Assembly (NCBI GenBank): GCA_964036045.1 | Contig: OZ038378.1 | Span: forward strand, 184,760,001-184,824,000 | Length of the DNA: 64,000 nucleotides | Direction: 5' to 3' | From: Eutreptiella sp. 'Long Island Sound 2002' | Taxonomy: Eukaryota; Protista; Euglenida | In this document: piece by piece, positions 57,841 to 64,000 of the stretch | Numbering within the stretch: the stretch's first letter is position 1 | Layout of the letters: each line of letters starts with the position of its first letter | Program-made: the position numbers and the translations under genes | The notes under the pieces: model-generated | What the model saw: only the letters and a program-made list of their open reading frames with translations | Told to the model about the DNA's origin: nothing | Database searches by the model: none

Positions 57841-58399
57841 GGTCTTGGTCAAACAATGTTTTGACCTGAGGTCAAGGGCAACTGGATTGATACAACTCAA
57901 AAGAGAGTATTATTGGGAGATGCAAAGGCAAACACGCAGGGGAAATAGATCAAGATCAGACATACTTGGGGTGACACACTCTTTAGATATGTCCATCCCC
58001 AAACCGGTAGCTCTTTGGCAAAGAGCTGTAATTGAGAGTTGTGCCAAGTTCTAAAAGGATTTCTTGACTTCAAAATGAAAGCCTTTCTCCCAATCACTGG
58101 TATTTTTCTGTCTATTTCTCAGCACAAGATGGATACTGATTTCTGTAAGGTTGTTGTCGGTTACTGTTGGCGTTGTCTGAGAGGGAATAATGTTGTGCAC
58201 GTTGCTACATCGTGGGTGGTGAATCCCTCGTGATAGACGTGCAACATTCTCTGAATTTTCGTGTTTGTTGACTAAGCTGAGAGGGGAAGAGGCACAACCC
58301 TTCTCGCTTCAGATTGTGGGCAGCGGTTTTGAGTTTGGTTTTGGTAAACTCAACCCAAGAACAGGTTTTGTGTGCGCCATGCGCAAGAAGGCCCTCAGG

Positions 58400-58670
58400 T
58401 GGCGGCTTAGGCTACTATTTTGTGACATGGCTGTGGTGGTGAATGCATTGAAGAAAAGTGGACTGTTGCAATGTGCAAGAGCTGAGAAAAGGCATGCTCA
58501 ACAACTATATCCCTCGGTGCCAACGCAATGCAACACCGCAGGAAAACATGCAAACATGGAAGGAAATGCTGTTTTGTTACAAATAATGTTCTTCAAAAAC
58601 GAAAGGGGAATCAACAGGCGTGATAGCCGTTTTATAGACCACCTTCATTTGGTCAAATTTAGCCTTCGCA
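58400..58670 (-). pseudogene. Decayed hAT dimerization-domain fragment
   Basis: A minus frame reads HFLPCLHVFLRCCIALAPRDIVVEHAFSQLLHI, resembling fP.L..l.ri.l.lP.s.a.vER.FS.l..i. Stops and frameshifts surround it. Confidence 0.45.
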
Positions 58671-59192
58671 GTCGTTCAGCCCCTGCATCCCTGCCCCCCT
58701 GAACATGCACAAATCAGGTTTCCTCCATGGACTGTGATGGTCCTGACTCCCCGCGTCGCTGCGGGACGTAGACGAATGGGTGGGTGGGCGGGCCTGACTG
58801 CCTTAATGAAAAAGGAGACTATCGGAGAGATGGAGAGAGTGATGAGTGAGTGAGGGGGGGGGGGGTGCAGGGGATGCTGTATGTGCTGAACCTACTTTAC
58901 TTCGAGGGCTGCGTAACTATGGTTCAGCCCCTGCATCCCTGCCCCCCTGAACATGCACAAATCAGGTTTCCTCCATGGACCGACTGCACAAAGTGCTCGT
59001 GAATGCGAGCCCCGGACTCACGCTGGTCTTGTGCTGGCCTTTGTCACCCCCCCCCCCTGTGCTAAACTCCAAGGGGCCTGAGGCAGATAATGGAGATGCA
59101 GAAATTTGTGCGCGCTGCGTTCCCAGAGCTGACGCCTGTCATTGGCGTCCTGGACAGCGTGCCACCTGCTGGGAAAGGTACGCAAGCGGCTG

Positions 59193-62100
59193 CAAGCTCT
59201 AATTAAACACTATCCAAAGGCCATTTGACTAGTGACTAGTAACTTGTGTATTTTGGTGAAAATTTGTTGTTTTTTTACCGTTTTTTTAAACAAATTGTTT
59301 GCAAAAATGATCATTCTGCAGCTGCTTGCCTCCTTATACCCATTCCTTTCATTGCAGGTTCATAGGACACAACTTTGTTCCATGTGGCTGGTACCATTGA
59401 GGTCTGTATAATTCTCTACTACATGTTTAGATATGTCTGTATGCCTTTAACTTTGGTACAAAACAAATCCCATGCTGTTTATTTTTGGATGTTCCCAATC
59501 CTTGTTTATTTATGGGACCTTCATTCAAATGTTTAATTTTGGGACCTTCATTCAAATGTTTATTTTTGGGACCTTCATTCAACTGAAATGATTTTTCCGC
59601 TGTGCCGTGTTTTTTTTTTCCCCGCTGTTTGCGCTTGCATCTGAATAATAATATTGGCTCATCCCTTCCTGTAATCCATACCCTGCACATGAAACAAGAG
59701 CACAACATAAACATGCGGAACATCTTTGTATTTGTTTATGTGCGCGGGCTCCACTGCCCCACTGCGGTTGCTTTAGAAGTCCGGTGGCCACTCACTCCCC
59801 TCCCGCTCCCTGACAGCCCTGCTGTCGTGCTCCTGCCCGAGGCAGAAGCGCCTCTCCCCCTCACCGTCCTCTTCCTCCTGCCCCTCCTCCCCTTCACCAC
59901 CCTCGTCCCTCTCGTCTTCCTCCTCGTCTTGTTCGTCATCGTCCACATTGATAACGTTGTCCTCTGGCGCCACGCATTGACTCGCCGGGGGGCCTGAGAA
60001 GCAAAGGCAGACCCAAGGTCCCGGGATGTGCAGCAGCATATTGCATACTAGAGATGCTGCACACTACTCACACTGCTGCACACATACGCAAACAAACCTG
60101 CAGGCTCCGCCGCCTTTTGATTATCATCGGAGTCCTCCAGATGGTACGCCAGCATCTGCTCATAACATTCTTGGTGTCCACAAGGAGGTGGTTCCATGAG
60201 CTTCACCAACATTAGGGCTGAAGCCTGCACAACATCCAGCATAAAAAAAAGACCACATAGAAACACCTCGTTCGTGAGTGCAAAAAGCAAAGCATCTCTT
60301 TGTTCTTTGTGGACTGCCTTGCTCAGGTGTACCTCACGCAAACCAAGGACAACAATCACATAGCACCGCTTCATACGGCGCAAGGCATCTGCTGCAAAAG
60401 CACACCAGCGACGAGTGTGCAGAACCCCTAATTTCAAGAATGCGGCATCGAGGGCGAGAGCCAATGCATGCAATGTCTTGAGCCTAGAGGGAGCATTATT
60501 CCAAAACAGCGCAGCAGACTGCAACGTGTCAGCAAGCAGATCAAGAAACGCATGGTCGGAGGCAATGGCGGCCTTAAAGGCCAGCTCGCATCTGTGACAC
60601 GATGCGTGATATGGCACCACCCCATCATAGCCTGCGATCTCCTTCTGTAAGTCGCCGATGATGCGGATAATCCCACCACATTCGCCCTGAACCACACTGG
60701 CCCCATCCCCACAGTAGAAAAAGAGCTTACGGATCCAAACATCAAGATCCACGTCTGCATGGGCCATTGCCCGTTTCAATGCAGTAACTATTCCTGGAGC
60801 GGTGCCGGAGGGGAGGGGTTGGCAAGAGAAATAATTGGTAGCCATCACTCCATCAACGACGGCACGAACATAAAAAAGCTCTTCTTTCTTTGCTGCGCGG
60901 TCTGTGCACGAGTCTGATGCGATGGAGAAAAAAGAAGACTCCTTGATTACTAGACCCTGGGAAATGCGAAATGGTTGGGAAATAAAGCGCAGCACCTCCC
61001 TAGCCGAAAAGGGTGAACGATAACTTGGGATAATTGTGCCTCCATTGAGTGACACGAGCTCGGCATCCCCTTCCACATGACTGAGGGGACCAGCGCGGTG
61101 CACAATCCTGTACACGGTCCTGAATAGGGCCAGGATGCCCTGTAGCACATGAGGGGGCAAGGTTTTAATGACCGACGTCACCCGACCACCTGATTGCCAC
61201 AAGGCCAAGGACACAGCGTGTGAGCCCGACCGCTGGTGATGCTTAAGGGTGCACAACATGAAGTTTGAAGTACCTTGCACGAAGGGAACACAGTGGCCAA
61301 GTTGAGGGTACTGTTGACATGCAATGCACCACATCTTGTCCGTAGTAGCCTCATACCTTAGCCAAGACCGGGTAAGAAGCCACTCCCTTTTGAACTGCCG
61401 TTTCTTGGGGGAGGGGGGGTCAGACGGCCGGCACCTCTCAACACAGGAGGTGCAAATACCATCTGTGGTGCACCCTGGACACACGCGGAAATGACACGTG
61501 TGGCATTCCACATCAGGCGTGGACACTTCCTGTCCACAGGCACGGCAGGTGCACGAGAAGCAATGCACGGTTGATCCAACCATGGTCATGCACGCCTCAT
61601 CAACCACCTTGTGGCACCTCTGACAAGAATACTTGGTGCCACAAATGTTTGCACCACAACATGCACACCTTACCGGAACAAGAAGAAAAGGACTTAGGGA
61701 GGGGGTGGCACGTGAGGACGACGGAGGTGGGGCAGCCGATGCGCCTGAACTAGACGCCGGCTTCTTGAGGGTGAAGGCCCAGCCATCGCGCGTGCCATCC
61801 GACTTGGCGGCGCGCATGACTTGGGTGTGGGCCAACTTCGTCAATGACCCACCGTCGGGGGAGTGTAGGTACCGGAGGGCAGCCGCGGCATTGCCGAAAT
61901 GCATCCAATCGGCACCCTCGGGAGCGACCGGACCGAGGCGGCGCATCCATACATCACCACCCATCCCGAGATGCGAGATAGGAAAAGAGGGTCTGAAGGG
62001 TGAACAAACAAGAGGACGAGAGATGATAATTCTTCTGGCACAATGGACAAACATAGGAAACAGCAAAGTTCAGGCTTTGTCCATCTATTTATGGTAATGC

Positions 62101-62493
62101 GCACGGACATGCGGTGAATTAGAAGCGAGAACTTTGTTTATTTTGTGTTGAAGCTTGTTGTTCTAATGTGGATGTACAAATGCAATCCGTCACAAAGTGT
62201 CAAGAGGCACATTTCCCTAACCTCTTTGTTGTAAGCGAACGAGATGGCGTTTATGATTATCTAAATTTAAATGACACCTACCGGAAATGACAACTTGCAA
62301 GCGAATGGCACAACAAGGCAACCCAAAACCTTCCCCAATGCATGCAACAATATGTGAAAACACCAATAAACATCAATAAACATCGATAAACAGCGATTCT
62401 CGCCCCAAAACGGGCGTTTTTTGAAAAATAAACGCATAAACGCGTTTATTTTGAATTTGACTAGCGACTTGAATAGCAGTTAATTAGAGCCTG
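59193..62493 (-). mobile_element. hAT DNA transposon, 3301 bp, internally deleted
   Basis: TIRs CAAGCTCTAATTAA (59193-59206) and TTAATTAGAGCCTG (62480-62493) match 13/14. TSD AGCGGCTG (59185-59192) / GGCGGCTG (62494-62501) matches 7/8. Subterminal ATAAAC and TTTGACTAG repeats. Confidence 0.92.
59773..62066 (-). CDS. hAT transposase (ZNF862/C17orf113-like), lacking the catalytic Glu and dimerization region; one GT-AG intron (60097-59994)
   Basis: TTF-type Zn finger (RQFKREW..WLRY..KMWCIAC..H..S.SH), SIASDSCTD (first D), CGDGASVVQG (second D), HASCHRCEL and TRRW motifs. The intron gtttgt...ttctcag splices in frame to an acidic tail. Confidence 0.88.
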
Positions 62494-63979
62494 GGCGGCT
62501 GAGCGGGTCTGCGGGGTTCTCCGCAGTATCGACCCAAAACACACCGAGTTTGACGTGGCTCCAGAGCCGGAGCCAGAACAGGCGCCTTAGAATTCTCTGG
62601 TGGGCCTGAGAGCAAACAGTGGCCCTCTGTCCTGCCACTTGGAACCTTCTGGCGTCGCTGTCTGTGCCGACCACCACGGACCTGTGGCCGCGGTAGACGG
62701 CGACTTTACATGCATAGTATATGCCGAAAAGTTCTGCCTGCTGTAGCGATGTGACCCATGCCGGGCATCGTACGGAGCGGCGGAATCGCCTGTCGCCCAC
62801 TAGCCCTACCCTGAACCGCTCTCCATCTGGCGCCGCGTCGGCAAACAGCAGGAGGCCTCTCTTGCCTGGCACCTGCTGCATCCCTCCCTCGTGGGCGTCC
62901 GGCGGGTAAGACTGCGCTACGGCGCTGAACAGGAGCACCGTGCCGAGGCCCCGCGCCATACTCTGTGTGAACCACCGCGCGCCCGAGTCCAGTGCTTGAT
63001 AGCTCCCCGCCATAAAGCAGGAGAGCCCTGCATTGGGCCTCGAAAGCCAGCACAGCAGCTTTCTGAGCCTGCGGGGCTCGATGGTTCCACGGCCCATGGC
63101 TCTTACCCACGCGCGGAGCACACTGCGCAGCCCGCCTGGGGCGTTCTGGAAGTATCCTGCCTCTGTGTTTATGTGTTTGCCAATGAAGCTGAGCTCCATT
63201 GTGGGCGTTGTTTCGCTTTTCTGGCTAATTATAAAACCCGCCCGCTGCAGGCGCCGGATGATGAGCCGCACTGCGCGCCGCACCTCGGATGGACTGCGAG
63301 CGGTGACGAGAATGTCGTCTATATACACCCACGCCTGGGCCCGCACGCCTCGCAGGGCGGCAGCCACGATGCCACGGACAAGGGACTGGCAGATGAGGGG
63401 GGAGTAGCCCCATCCGAAGGGCAGGCGCGTGTAGCGGTATGACCGCCCGTCGGCGGTTTGCAGAACAAAAACCCTGCGCCAACCCCTCGGGAGCAAGACG
63501 CTCCAAAATGCATTCTGTAGGTCGAGTTTGGCCATCCACGCACCCCCCCCGCCCCGCATCCAGTCCCTGAGTTGTTCCAGGCCCAGGAGGGTGAATTTCT
63601 GGGGCCGTCTGGGGTCTGCCCCGTTGATGGGAGACGCATCTAATATCATCCTACACTTCTGCCTATTCTTGGGGCGCAGGAATGCCCGGGAGGTGGGCCT
63701 GAGGTGCGTGCGTTTCACCCCCCGCGCGTCCACGCGCAGGGCCCGCATCATGAGCGGGAGCTTAGTGCAGTGCGACTTTAGGTTGGCCCCCCTGGCTTTG
63801 GCGTGTTTCTCGTAAGCCCTCAGGAGGTCCTGTGGCACCAGCCTCCTCCAGAGCGGCGCATGCACGTGCACACGGCCCGCCGACCCGAGTCCTTTTGCCG
63901 CCGTCTCCGGATCGATCTCGTCTTCGTCCTCCGATGAGTAATATCTGTCCTCCTCGCCGTCCAGCCCGTCGTCCAGCAC
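62480..63979 (-). CDS. Reverse transcriptase-RNase H (DIRS/VIPER-type); native C-terminus displaced to 59018-59192 by the hAT insertion
   Basis: RT motifs CRMILDAS, KLDLQNAFWSV, RLPFGWGYSP, YIDDIL, LSFIG. RNase H residues D (FADA), E (QAEL), D (GTDS) and D (NPAD). Confidence 0.92.
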   Translation of the reverse strand: MLDDGLDGEEDRYYSSEDEDEIDPETAAKGLGSAGRVHVHAPLWRRLVPQDLLRAYEKHAKARGANLKSHCTKLPLMMRALRVDARGVKRTHLRPTSRAFLRPKNRQKCRMILDASPINGADPRRPQKFTLLGLEQLRDWMRGGGGAWMAKLDLQNAFWSVLLPRGWRRVFVLQTADGRSYRYTRLPFGWGYSPLICQSLVRGIVAAALRGVRAQAWVYIDDILVTARSPSEVRRAVRLIIRRLQRAGFIISQKSETTPTMELSFIGKHINTEAGYFQNAPGGLRSVLRAWVRAMGRGTIEPRRLRKLLCWLSRPNAGLSCFMAGSYQALDSGARWFTQSMARGLGTVLLFSAVAQSYPPDAHEGGMQQVPGKRGLLLFADAAPDGERFRVGLVGDRRFRRSVRCPAWVTSLQQAELFGIYYACKVAVYRGHRSVVVGTDSDARRFQVAGQRATVCSQAHQRILRRLFWLRLWSHVKLGVFWVDTAENPADPLSRPGSN

Positions 63980-64000
63980 CCCCTGCAGTGCGACCCGCAG

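Larger units (their letters stand above)
58674..64000 (-). mobile_element. 3' part of a second YR-class retrotransposon (RT-RNase H as last ORF, split-direct-repeat terminus), running off the window and interrupted by a hAT
   Basis: RT/RH ORF 62480-63979, its in-frame tail at 59018-59192, and identical 59-bp direct repeats at 58674-58732 and 58922-58980. Confidence 0.85.

Noticed and set aside
58400-58670. Missing C-terminal exon of the 59-62 kb hAT transposase
   Set aside because: It lies outside the TIR/TSD-defined element and beyond the YR terminus.
58672-58704. 33-nt euglenid-type non-conventional intron (GTTCAG...CTGAAC)
   Set aside because: It is better explained as part of the 59-bp terminal direct repeat of the YR element.

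Overview
Repeat-rich eukaryotic nuclear DNA, with no prokaryotic operon, rRNA or CRISPR signal. The organism is unidentified; the 5' splice-site usage and the YR-before-RT retroelements hint at a euglenozoan/euglenid (inference). The backbone is one intron-rich host gene on the minus strand (about 50.1 kb to at most 16.4 kb). I traced 14 core exons joined by in-phase GT-AG introns, plus 2 tentative upstream exons. Its successive OB-fold motifs follow the order of CTC1, the large subunit of the CST telomere complex. The flanks and introns hold mobile DNA. From left to right: the chromodomain end of a Ty3/Gypsy element (1-211); a gag-YR-RT tyrosine-recombinase retrotransposon with VIPER/TATE-type gene order (about 3.2-7.2 kb), whose RT is split by a poly(A) retroposon with a 19-bp TSD; a palindromic 47-bp satellite (10.9-12.3 kb); hAT-derived non-autonomous elements (15.4 kb and 25.9-27.8 kb); a cluster of ~1-kb TIR units ending in TTAGGG-like tails (52.6-56.1 kb); and a hairpin-capped GC array (57.2-57.8 kb). 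At the right end, a second YR-type RT/RNase H element ends in split direct repeats (58674-58980). It is interrupted by a 3.3-kb hAT (59193-62493; 14-bp TIRs, 8-bp TSD) whose transposase has unusual N-terminal domains and an internal deletion. All protein assignments come from motif recognition by eye, not from database searches.
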